A stretch of DNA of 64,000 nt from Alphaproteobacteria bacterium (lineage in GTDB: Bacteria > Pseudomonadota > Alphaproteobacteria > MPNO01). Position 1 is the first letter of the stretch. Every line of letters begins with the position of its first letter. The position numbers and the translations under genes were made by a program. Location of the stretch: assembly GCA_965248835.1 (NCBI GenBank), contig CBDFLJ010000001.1, positions 2,048,001-2,112,000 of the forward strand, in the 5' to 3' direction. Shown here piece after piece: positions 42,537 through 52,054 of this stretch. Under the pieces are notes generated by a model. It was not told where the DNA came from. It saw only the letters and a program-made list of their open reading frames with translations, and did not search any database.

Positions 42537-43776
42537 ATGCAACCAAGGATGAAGACGCTAACGGCGTGCCTGTTGTTGGCCGTGGGGCTGTCCCAGGTGT
42601 CCATTGCGGACGCGGAGGCCGCCGAGCCGTTCAAGCCGAGCAACATGAGCTCTCATGGCGCACAGTTCTTCAGGGAGCTGCTGACGGGCAGGGTGTACGT
42701 GTTCCATCTCCCATACGCCGCGTGGGGGCCAAATGCGGCTAAAGGGAGGACTTTAAGGGGTTATTACTTTCGCTCACGTGACGAGCTGGTTTACTGCGGC
42801 CGTAATAGTTTCAGCGGAGAGTACGATGGCAGGCTCTTCCGGTGGCGGGTGGTCTACAAGAACCACGCCAGGCTTCACGTTCACAAAGCGGGTGTGGAAC
42901 CTGACCCGAAGTTTGTCAAAGCGCATTTGCCGATGTTCTACGACCCCGAGACGGGTGCGCTGGACCTGGAGTCTTTCACCCGCTCTTCCCGGATGTGGCT
43001 GCACTATAGGGGCGGCCATGTGCAGGAGACTTGGCCGCGGGCGTTGAAGAATGCCTGCCCCGACCTCGACCTTCCCGGCGATCTGGCGATCAACGAACGG
43101 CAAACCTCGCGCACTTGGCACGCGTTTCAGGCGCAGGATCCGGACGCGCCGATCCGCAACTTCGCGGGCTCGCATCTGCGGGTGCTGGGCGCGAGGGGGT
43201 TTACCAAGAATACCCCCCTGGTCACCGAGGCCGAGATCCGGGCGTGGGTGAGGGCCAATGACGGCACAATCGTGCGCAACACCTGGGGTGTGCCTCGCGT
43301 GCTCGTGGCCGGCAGGGGCGCGGAGCGGAAGAACGAGATCTGGAAGCTCGGCTGGAGCGGCGAAGGCGAAGTCGTAGATACGGCTTACGCGAGCAAGGCG
43401 GCGAACGGGCAGGAAATCCATCTTAAATGGGAGAGCGAAGCGCGTGTACCGCTACCACATCGGCTATCCCTTGGGCTACGCCCCTACCGGCCAGCGCTTC
43501 GCCGCCTTCCTGCTGTCGGACTGGATGGTCTCTCAGGATCGCGAGATCGGCCTGCCCTTCTCCGGCCGCGAGAATGTCGGCTTCCGGTTCGCCGCCGACG
43601 GCACGCTCAGTGCCCGCACGGTGGATGGCAAGACGATCCCCGGCACCTGGCGGTGGTCGCGCGGCAGGCTGAACATCCGGCTCGATGGCATCGAGGAAGC
43701 GGCCACCTATAGATGGCGTGCCGTGGCCGAGCATTTGCGCTGGACGCCGCCTGCCAGGTCGCGCGGGCAAAGGTAG
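42537..43776 (+). pseudogene. Secreted protein of unknown function, frameshifted near 43440
   Basis: SD AAGGAG, signal peptide ending ADAEAA; protein-like sequence continues in the 43444-43776 frame. Confidence 0.6.
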
Positions 43777-43989
43777 ACGGCGTGGCGCGTCGTCCCCGCC
43801 GGCTTGGTGTCGGTGGTGCGGTTCTCGCGCTGTTGCTCCCGTTCGCCGCGGCGGCGCAGGAACCGGCACCGTTGCCGCTGCCGTCAAACGACGCCTGGTT
43901 GGATCCCGGACCGCGTTCTCAGGGGGGCGCTGTGGATCGCGGATCGGCGCCGGAGCCCGCCAATCCGCCCGTGAGGCATTCTCCCACCC

Positions 43990-44390
43990 GGAGCGCTGAA
44001 ACGCTTCCGTCCGCCGGAGCCGCAACCGTCGCGGACCTGGCCTTCCATGCCGCGGCGAGTCTTCACCGCCAGAGCCTCGAGGAACGTTTCATTCATCGGG
44101 TCCTTGAACCCGACGTGCATAGCGTTAATTTCCTCTTCCTCGAGTGTGACCAGTTTCACTCCGTAGTAGCGGAGCCGTTTGTAGATCGTTGCCGTGTCCG
44201 CCTGATCGCGGCTGAGGCGATCAAGCGCGTCGGCGTAGATTGCCTCGAAGCAACCGTTCTTGGCGTCTGCCATGAGCTTCTGCAGGCCATCGCGTTGGTG
44301 GACCGACGCACCGGAGGCCGCGCCGTCGCGGAACTCGAGATCGGTCTGCGCACTCTCCAGCAGGTGTGCGTCAACGGTCAAGACCTTTTG
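43990..44390 (-). pseudogene. Serine recombinase catalytic-domain fragment
   Basis: DGAASGAS..RDGLQKLM, DALDRLSRD, KTRRGMEG; catalytic-Ser N-terminus absent. Confidence 0.82.
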
Positions 44391-44576
44391 CTTGAGACGA
44401 TCGCTCGCCCGGGCGGCGGCCGCCCGGTAGCGGGCGCGATGGCAGGCGCCGAGGGGCCGGCTCGAACCGAACCGTCTGGTGTTCGTCGCCGAGACCTGGA
44501 CACCTCTAAAAAACCCCTCACCGCGGAATATAGAATGTTCACAGATGTTTTATTTCAATATCTTACGGACCACTTG
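44321..44576. repeat. About 256-bp direct repeat, copy 2
   Basis: Matches 41736-41991; MITE right end absent here. Confidence 0.95.
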
Positions 44577-44642
44577 GCTACCGGTGTGAGGCAGGACTGA
44601 ACCGGGATTCTCCGTATTGCAAATCCCCCTTAGAGTGTTGCT

Positions 44643-45494
44643 ATGAAAAAGATCCCACTCTCGCGGGACAGCCGCCGCCGTATCAAACATGCCAATGCGT
44701 ATTACGTTGAGGGCCGAATCGGCGCTTACTCCTACGACCATATATACGGAGCCGCCGCGTCTGCCGCGGCAGATTTTTTCATCGACTGGGCCGCGCGGTT
44801 CGGCGGCCCGGTGTTGGAACTCGGCGCCGGGACCGGGTTGATAAGCTGGCCCGTCGCGGCGGCTGGTTTCGACGTCGTCGCGGTCGATTTATCGGCCGAA
44901 ATGCTCGCCCTCGCTGAGCGAAAGCAAGAGCACTACCCGCAGGATGTCGTCGATCGCCTCCGGTTCATCCGTGCCGACATGGTCGACTTCGAGATCGAGC
45001 AGCGGTTTCGAACGGTGATGCTGCCGGGACGATCGTTCCAGCATCTGCTGACGCCCGAGGACCAGCGCGCCGCGCTGCGTCAAATCCACACCCACCTCGA
45101 ACCGGGCGGTGGCCTGGTTCTGACGCTTTTCGACCCCGATCTACGATATTGCGTTCCCGGCGCACGGCCGCCGATCGAACGGGAGCAGTTCGAAGACCCG
45201 GCCTCGGGACACCGGATCCGCCGGACGTTTCTCGATCGCCAAACCGATCCCCTACGTCAGGTGTTCAGCGAAACGATTCGCCTGGAATTGCTCGAAGCCG
45301 GCGGCAAGATTTTAGCCTCCCAAAAAACACGATGGTCGATGCGCTGGAGCTATCAACAAGAAATGCGCTATTTGATCGAAGCCAGCGGCTTTGAGATTGA
45401 CGCTTTATTTTCCGATTTTTCCGGCGCCCCGGCGGATTATGGTGAGGAACAAATCTGGATCGCCCACCGCGGGAAATCTCTGCCAACGCGATAA
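44643..45494 (+). CDS. Class I SAM-dependent methyltransferase
   Basis: VLELGAGTG, VDLSAEML, ADM..F, HLEPGG. Confidence 0.9.
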   Translation: MKKIPLSRDSRRRIKHANAYYVEGRIGAYSYDHIYGAAASAAADFFIDWAARFGGPVLELGAGTGLISWPVAAAGFDVVAVDLSAEMLALAERKQEHYPQDVVDRLRFIRADMVDFEIEQRFRTVMLPGRSFQHLLTPEDQRAALRQIHTHLEPGGGLVLTLFDPDLRYCVPGARPPIEREQFEDPASGHRIRRTFLDRQTDPLRQVFSETIRLELLEAGGKILASQKTRWSMRWSYQQEMRYLIEASGFEIDALFSDFSGAPADYGEEQIWIAHRGKSLPTR

Positions 45495-45612
45495 ACCGAC
45501 ATTTCCCGGATGACCTCCAATTCGCAGCCAGTCGCAGGTGACTCCTATCACCGATTGGAGGACTTTTCCTCTGCGGCAATCCGACAGTGCCGATTTGATG
45601 ATTGGGCCAACG

Positions 45613-45944
45613 TGGTGCGCCGCGGGCCCGCGGCCGAGATCGAAGCCGCCGTCATCGACCGGCTTCGGGGCCTGCTGCGCCAACCCGAGATCGTCGTCGC
45701 CACCTGGCGCGCGGTTCGGGAACGGGACGACGCGCTCACCGAGGCCGAGGTACGTGAGGCCCTTCACGGCCTCGATCCCCTGTAGGACGAGTTGTTCCCC
45801 GCCGAGCAGGCCCGCCTGGTCCGGCTTCTCGTCCGGCGTGTCGAGGTCCAGCCAAACGGGTTGAGGCTGCATCTCCGCGTCGACGGGCTCCGAAGTCTGG
45901 TCGCCGACATGAGGGTGGAACAGAGCCAGCGGAGGGCCGCCTGA
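45613..45944 (+). pseudogene. C-terminal fragment of a large serine recombinase
   Basis: AAEIEAAVIDRLRGLLRQPEIVVATWR...DPL*DELFPAEQAR; premature TAG at 45783. Confidence 0.75.
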
Positions 45945-46351
45945 TGACCGACGCCCAGCTCAGCGAAGACGGCGCCACCCTCACCGTCTGGGCCCCCATG
46001 GCCTTCAAGGCCCGCGGCGGGCGCAAGCTGGTGGTCTCGCCCGACGGTATGCCGGCCTGGGCTGGGCCCCGAAGCCGGGTCGACGACACCCTGGTCAAGG
46101 CGCTCGCCCGCGCTTTCCGCCGGCGCCGGCTGCTGGAGACCGGCGTCCACGGCACGGTCGACGAGATCGCCCGCGCCGAGGGCATCAACGATTCCTACCT
46201 GAGCCGCATCCTGCGCCTCACCCTGCTCGCGCCCGACATCGTGGACGCGATCCTCGACGGACGCCAGCAGCCCGTGCTCACGATGGCGCGGTTGATGAAG
46301 CCGTTTCCGGCGGCGTGGGAGGATCAGAGGGCGCGTTTGCTGGACGGGTGA
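45944..46351 (+). CDS. Small HTH-like protein typically following large serine recombinases
   Basis: RGGRKLVV, LVKALARA, SYLSRILRLTLLAPDIV.AILDGRQ; ATG overlaps the recombinase stop. Confidence 0.75.
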   Translation: MTDAQLSEDGATLTVWAPMAFKARGGRKLVVSPDGMPAWAGPRSRVDDTLVKALARAFRRRRLLETGVHGTVDEIARAEGINDSYLSRILRLTLLAPDIVDAILDGRQQPVLTMARLMKPFPAAWEDQRARLLDG

Positions 46352-46385
46352 GGTGGCGTGAGCCGATTGGTTCCCACACGGTCGC

Positions 46386-47064
46386 TGCGCCCCGGCGGGG
46401 TTCTTGCGCCGCCGGTCTTCACCGTCCACCGCGCATCTGTGTCCTTCTGCGCCGCCTTGGCCGGCTGATCGGGCCAGATCTCGGACGCGCTCTTGCCCGC
46501 CTTGATCGCCGCCTTCTCGTCGTCGCTGTTGCCTGCTTGGGCGCCGATACCAACGTCGCATCGACGATCTGCCCGCCCATCGCCAGATAGCCGCACCGGC
46601 GCAGTTCGCCATCGAAGGCGGCAAACAGCTTATCCATCGCCCCGGCCCGGACCAGACGCTCGCGAAAGATCCATATGGTGTTGCGGTCCGGCGTCGGCGC
46701 TCCGAGATCGAAGCCCAGGAAGCGAAGCCAGCTCAAGCGGTCGCGGATCAGAAACTCCATCCGCTCGTCGCTCACCGTGTGCCGCGCGGCCAGGATCAGT
46801 ACCTTGAACATCGCCACCGCATCGTAGGCCGGGCGGCCGCCTTTCGATCCGTCCGAATAGCCCAGCGCCGCCTCAAGCGGCGCGCGGAAAATCTCGAAGT
46901 CGACGACCTTCGCCAGCACCTCCAACGGATCACCCGTCGCCGATAGCTTCCGAAGATGATCCGGTAAGCCGAACAGACCAGCCTGCCTCATCAATACCTC
47001 CTCGAACCGAACCGCCGTAGAGAATCACAACCAGGCAAAATTCGCGAGGTAAATGGAGGCGTCC
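46386..47064 (-). mobile_element. 5' half of an IS5-family element (includes direct-repeat copy 2, 46386-46468)
   Basis: ATG 46991; GDPL, KGGRPAYD, RDRLSWLRFLG, GQIVDATLV, then frameshifts; likely left end GGACGCCTCCA at 47064. Confidence 0.88.
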
Positions 47065-47188
47065 AATTGGAATGGAGGCGCCATACCGGCAATTGAGCTT
47101 TTGCCGTCGGCCCTGTTTTCCGTAAGATTGTTGACCGACAGAACAAATCCGGGGCACGTTGCAGAGAGCCCCGAGGGAGGATGCAACC

Positions 47189-48244
47189 ATGAGGAATTCG
47201 TTCAAGAACGCATTCGTTGCCGCAGCCGTCGCTGCGCTTGTCTGGGTGCCATCCGCGGGCGCCAAGACGGTCGAGCTCAAATACGCGGGTTTCGTCCCTG
47301 CCGGCCATTTCATGTCGAAATACATCACAGCCTGGGCCGCCAAGCTCGAAGCGCTGTCGATCGGGGGGATGAAGATCGCCCTCTACCACGGCGCCCAAAT
47401 GGGCCCGCCGCCCAAATACTACGACATAGCGCGCAAGGGCGTCGCCGACTTCACCTGGATCCTGCACGGGGCCACGCCGGGTCGTTTCCCGCTAAACGAG
47501 CTGATCCAATTGCCCTACACGGTGCCGAGCGCCGAGGTCGGCACGCTGGTTCTCAACCAGCCCGATCTCAGAGAGATGCTCGACAAGGAGCACCGCGGGC
47601 TCAAGGTCCTATACCTTCTGACCCACCAGCCGGGCAACCTGCACACCAGGACGCGTCCGGTGCGCACGGCCGAGGACATGAAGGGGCTGCGCATCCGCTT
47701 TGCCTCGCCGACCATTCGCGAGTGGGTCCGGGCGCTCGGCGGAACGCCGGTCGGAATGCCGCCGACCCAGATCGCCGACGGCCTGCAGAAGGGCACCATC
47801 GACGGCGTGTTTATCGACTATGGCGGGGCGCACACGGCATTCAAGCTGGGCGGACTCGTCAAGCACACGACCGAGATGTACTCCTACGTTTCGAGCTTCT
47901 CCGTCGTCATGAACCCCAAGTCGTTCAGCAAGCTGTCCAGGACCTACCAGGATCTCATCACCTCGTCGACGACCGGCATCGCGCGCGAGGTCGGGCGGAT
48001 GTGGGACGCCGCCGACGCCCCCGGCAAGGCGTATCTCGTGAGCGAGGGCGGCGAGACGATCCACCTGTCCGAGGTCGAAGACGCCAAGTTCAAGAGCATC
48101 GCCCAGAGCGTCAGCGAAAGCAGGCTCGCCGAGCTCGAAGGCAAGGGACTGCCGGCGCGCGAGATCTACGGCAAGATGAGAGCGTATTCCGAGAAGTTCG
48201 CGGCGTCGGCGAAGAACTTCTGGGTCGGGCTGAAACGCCGTTAG
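47189..48244 (+). CDS. dctP: TRAP transporter substrate-binding protein
   Basis: Signal peptide, TPGRFP, DMKGLRIR, LQKGTIDG. Confidence 0.92.
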   Translation: MRNSFKNAFVAAAVAALVWVPSAGAKTVELKYAGFVPAGHFMSKYITAWAAKLEALSIGGMKIALYHGAQMGPPPKYYDIARKGVADFTWILHGATPGRFPLNELIQLPYTVPSAEVGTLVLNQPDLREMLDKEHRGLKVLYLLTHQPGNLHTRTRPVRTAEDMKGLRIRFASPTIREWVRALGGTPVGMPPTQIADGLQKGTIDGVFIDYGGAHTAFKLGGLVKHTTEMYSYVSSFSVVMNPKSFSKLSRTYQDLITSSTTGIAREVGRMWDAADAPGKAYLVSEGGETIHLSEVEDAKFKSIAQSVSESRLAELEGKGLPAREIYGKMRAYSEKFAASAKNFWVGLKRR

Positions 48245-48248
48245 GTCC

Positions 48249-48752
48249 GTGCCCGCCGTGGGGCTGGATGCGGCCTTCGATACGGCGGCGCGGTATCTGA
48301 CCCGCGCCGCCGTCCTCTTTCTCGCCGCGATGATGATGATCACCGTGGTGGACATCCCGTTGCGGGCGATCAACCTGCCGATCTTCGGTACCTTCGACCT
48401 GGTCGAACTGTTTCTGGTCGCGATGGTCTATCTGGCCATCCCCGAGACCTTCCTGCGCCGCGAGCACGTCGTCGTCGAGGTCCTCGACCATGTCTTCGGG
48501 CCGCGGCTGCGGCCCGTGTTCGAGACGATCTCGACCGGGCTCGCGCTCGTTCTGCTGGTCCTGATGGAAATTCACATGGTCGAGCCCGCGCTGGACATGT
48601 ACGCGTTCGGCGACGAAACCAAGGACCTCGAGATCCCGAAGATTGTCCACTGGGTGCCGATCCTGCTCGGCATCGCCTGCTCGATGCTGGCGGTGGCGTT
48701 GTTGTTCGTGCGCGACATGCTGCGGCTTACCAGATCGGTGCGGATCCGATGA
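48249..48752 (+). CDS. dctQ: TRAP transporter small permease
   Basis: Four TM segments, EHVVVE; between dctP and dctM. Confidence 0.88.
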   Translation: MPAVGLDAAFDTAARYLTRAAVLFLAAMMMITVVDIPLRAINLPIFGTFDLVELFLVAMVYLAIPETFLRREHVVVEVLDHVFGPRLRPVFETISTGLALVLLVLMEIHMVEPALDMYAFGDETKDLEIPKIVHWVPILLGIACSMLAVALLFVRDMLRLTRSVRIR

Positions 48753-50050
48753 GCTCGGAGGTCATCGGCATAATCGGCGTCCTCGCGCTGATCGTGCTCA
48801 TCATGCTGCGCGTCAAGATCGCCATCGCGCTCGGGATCGTCGGGTTGGTCGGGTACGCCGCGCTCGACGGCTGGAGCACCGCGTTCATCGTGCTCGGGAC
48901 GACGCCGTTCGACCTTACCGCAGGCTACGCGCTTTCGGTGATGCCGCTGTTCATCCTGATGGGGGTGGTGTCGGGGCATTCGGGCATGTCGCGCGAGCTG
49001 TTCGATGCCGCCAACGCGCTGTTCTCCGGCCGCCGCGGCGCGCTGGCGATGGCAACCATCGGGGCGTGCGCGGGGTTCGGCTGCATCTGCGGCTCCTCGC
49101 TCGCGACGGCGGCAACGATGGCCCGGATCGCGGTTCCAGAGATGCAGCGGCTCGGCTACGACGACCGGCTGTCGACCGGCGCGGTCGCGATGGGCGGCAC
49201 GCTCGGCATCCTGATCCCGCCCTCGGTCATGCTGGTGCTCTATGCGATCGTCGCGGAGCAGTCGGTCCCGCAGCTCTTCGCGGCCGGGCTGATCCCGGGG
49301 ATCGTGCTCGCCGCGCTGCAGATCGTCGTGATCTGGGTGATCTCGCGTGTGCTGCCCGGATGGACGCCCGAGAGCGTAGCGATGCCGTGGTCGCGCCGGA
49401 TCCGCCATCTGACCGGGATGTGGAAACTCCTGCTCCTCTTCTTCTTCGCCGTCGGCGGCATCTATGCCGGCATCTTCAGCCCGACCGAGGCTGCCGCCGT
49501 CGCTGCCTTCGGCGCCATCGCGATCGCCGCGCTCACGCGTCGCATCGGCTGGAACGTGCTTCTCGACAGCATGGTCGAGACCGTGCGCACCTCGGCGATG
49601 TTGTTCTTCATCCTGATTACGGCGTTCCTGTTCTCCTATTTCCTTGTACGCACCCAAGTGCCTGCGGGGCTGGTGGGCTGGGTCAAGGCAACGGGTCTGT
49701 CGCCCTGGCTGGTCGTGGTCACGCTGGTGGCGTTCTATGTCGTTCTCGGCTGCGTGCTCGAATCGATCGCGATGATGCTGATCACCGTGCCGGTGTTCCT
49801 GCCGCTCCTGATCGAGCTCGGATACGACCCGGTCTGGTTCGGAGTGCTGCTGGTGGTGGTGATCGAGATCGGCTTGGTGACGCCCCCGGTCGGGCTCAAC
49901 ATTTTCGTCATCCGTTCGCAGGTGCCGGAGATCCCTTTGTCGTCGATCTACGCCGGCATCCTGCCTTTCCTTGCGGCCGCCTTCGTGCTGGTGGTGCTGA
50001 TGCTGGTGGTGCCTGAACTGGCGCTCTGGCTGCCGAGCGTTCTCTATTGA
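48749..50050 (+). CDS. dctM: TRAP transporter large permease
   Basis: PLFILMG, GTLGILIPPS, FSPTEAA, TPPVGLN. Confidence 0.95.
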   Translation: MSSEVIGIIGVLALIVLIMLRVKIAIALGIVGLVGYAALDGWSTAFIVLGTTPFDLTAGYALSVMPLFILMGVVSGHSGMSRELFDAANALFSGRRGALAMATIGACAGFGCICGSSLATAATMARIAVPEMQRLGYDDRLSTGAVAMGGTLGILIPPSVMLVLYAIVAEQSVPQLFAAGLIPGIVLAALQIVVIWVISRVLPGWTPESVAMPWSRRIRHLTGMWKLLLLFFFAVGGIYAGIFSPTEAAAVAAFGAIAIAALTRRIGWNVLLDSMVETVRTSAMLFFILITAFLFSYFLVRTQVPAGLVGWVKATGLSPWLVVVTLVAFYVVLGCVLESIAMMLITVPVFLPLLIELGYDPVWFGVLLVVVIEIGLVTPPVGLNIFVIRSQVPEIPLSSIYAGILPFLAAAFVLVVLMLVVPELALWLPSVLY

Positions 50051-50249
50051 CCGCAGGGCCGTGACCCGGCGGCGTCTCGCGCCGTCGGATCCAGAGCGCG
50101 CATTCGCTCAGTCCAAAGCGGCTCTCGAACCAGCAAAGCGCTCTGTCGTCCTGATCAAGAAATTTATGGGAATAAGTTCATTGGCTGTGCTGAAGCGATG
50201 ACTGAAACGGCTGCACGGCGACGACATCCCGCTGCCGGTGCTCGCCCAG

Positions 50250-50420
50250 AGCGAGATCGATACGGGGCGGGCTTGGGTCTATGTCCCAGACGACGCCCTG
50301 TTCGGCGGTGCGGATCCGCCGGCGGTGCTGTTCCGCTACTCCAGGAACAGCTCGAGGATCATCCGGTCGAGCATCTGCGCGGCTTCGGCAGGAACCTGCA
50401 GGCCGACGCCTATGCCGGTC
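50250..50420 (+). mobile_element. IS66 TnpC internal fragment
   Basis: TGRAWVYV.DD..FGG..PPA..FRYSR, then HPVEHL...LQADAYAG in another frame. Confidence 0.75.
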
Positions 50421-51264
50421 GCGCGCCCTCGACCGTGGTGCGGTGCATGTGACGGCGGTATTGAGGGTCGTAGAGCGTGGCGTGATGGATCGTGCCGCGG
50501 TTGTCCCAGCACAGATAGTCGTTGGCCCGCCATTTGTGGATATGGCGAAACTCGTCCTTCAGCAGATGGACGAATAGCCCGTCGAGCAGCGCGCGGCCCT
50601 CGGTCTCGTCCATCCCGACGACCGCGATGGTGAAGCCGGGGCTGACATAGAGCGCCTTGCGCCCGGTATCCTCGTTGGTGCGCACGATCGGATGGACAAC
50701 GTCTCTGAGCCTTGCCTTCTGTGCGCCGGTGAGCGCCGGCCGCGCGCCGGGACGGCTCTGGTTGCGCTCGTAGTTGGCGGTGTAGGAATGCACCGCCTGC
50801 AAACCCGCGATCCGCCGCTGGGTCGCCTCAGGCAAGGTCTCGTATGCGCGGCACATGTCGACGAACATGGTGTCGCCGCCCTCCGGCGGGATATCGATGG
50901 CGTAGAGCATGGTCGCGAGCGACGGCGCCTCTTCGTATGACAGGTCGGAATGCCAATAGCGTCCCGCGTCCTCGAAGCCAAGCGCGGTGCCGTCCGGCGC
51001 CTTGTCGTTCGACAGCACCAGCATCTCGGGTTCATCGGGATGATGGAACTGGGTCAGCACATGGATCTGCAGCGGCCCGAACCGGCGGCTGAACGCGACC
51101 TGGTGCTCGGGTTCGATCTGTTGATCGCGGATCACCATGATCCCGGCCTCGAAGAAAGCCCGGCGGAGCCGCGCGAAATCCGCGTCCGCCAACGGCTGAG
51201 CGAGATCGAGCCCCAGCACCTCGACGCCGAAATGTGCGCTCAGCCGGCGTATCTCGAAGTCCAT
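50410..51264 (-). CDS. TauD/TfdA family Fe(II)/2-oxoglutarate dioxygenase
   Basis: WHSDLSY (HxD), GGDTMF, HPIVRT, WDNRGTIH. Confidence 0.93.
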   Translation of the reverse strand: MDFEIRRLSAHFGVEVLGLDLAQPLADADFARLRRAFFEAGIMVIRDQQIEPEHQVAFSRRFGPLQIHVLTQFHHPDEPEMLVLSNDKAPDGTALGFEDAGRYWHSDLSYEEAPSLATMLYAIDIPPEGGDTMFVDMCRAYETLPEATQRRIAGLQAVHSYTANYERNQSRPGARPALTGAQKARLRDVVHPIVRTNEDTGRKALYVSPGFTIAVVGMDETEGRALLDGLFVHLLKDEFRHIHKWRANDYLCWDNRGTIHHATLYDPQYRRHMHRTTVEGARPA

Positions 51265-51459
51265 GGCCTGGTGTCCGGTCTCGACCTTGGGCAACGGAGT
51301 GATTTCTTCGATCCCGGTGACCCCGTAGCTGCCCTGACATTCTCGGCGACCGGCCCACCAGGCGGTCCAGTTTGGATGCTAGTTGATTTGTGTCGGTAAG
51401 GCCATGTTTGAGGTGACCAGCCGATCGCCCCAACCGCTGGCAAATCCGATCACGGCACG

Positions 51460-51840
51460 ATCTGAGAACGGCGGCGGAATAATCCCCCACTAAAGCGGCC
51501 GGGTTGGTCCGGCGGCGGCTCAATTTTGGGCCACCGATAGCCTTCGACCGGGATGAACCGGTGAAGGCAGGGGGTGTATCGGGTGGAGCTCTATGCGCGA
51601 GCACGGCTGGCAAGCCGTGTTGAAGGTTTGAGCCGGCGGGAGGCGGCGCTTCGGTTCGAGATCGACCGCAAGACGGTCGCCAAGATGCTGGCGTTCTCGG
51701 TGCCACCGGATTAGGCGCTCCTACAACCGCGAGGACATGGTGGGTGATCCGGTCGAGCAGGGCGCCGGTGAGACGTTCGCTGGCGAAGACGGAGGTCCAT
51801 TCCTGGAACGGCAGGTTCGAGGTGACGATGGTGATGAACC
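51460..51840. mobile_element. IS21 relics: istA 5' end (+, 51574-51714) facing an istB fragment (-, about 51730-51840)
   Basis: YRVELYAR...GLSRREAA..F.IDRKTVAKML; TIVTSNLPFQEW..VF.SERLTGALLDRITHH. Confidence 0.82.
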
Positions 51841-52054
51841 GGTTACGTGCCATCGCCGTTGCTCGACACTCCGTCGTCAACCCGGTTCTTCAGCGCGCGC
51901 GAAGCTCGGAACATCACCACCCGGCGCGCCGACACCGGCGCCTCTTTCCGAGCAGCGACCCATGCAGCCGGGCCGCGCCGCGGTGACCGGAGGCTCGACA
52001 ATTGCATGAGCGCGCAAAACCTGATCCCCTTTGTCGCAGGGGGTGTCTTTTCCG

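Noticed and set aside
41736-44576. DGR template/variable repeat pair or prophage att sites
   Set aside because: Mismatches are not adenine-specific, there is no reverse transcriptase or phage structural gene, and the repeat is made of IS debris
43713-44600. 295-aa + strand ORF
   Set aside because: Chimera of a truncated signal-peptide gene, the antisense of the recombinase relic and the direct repeat
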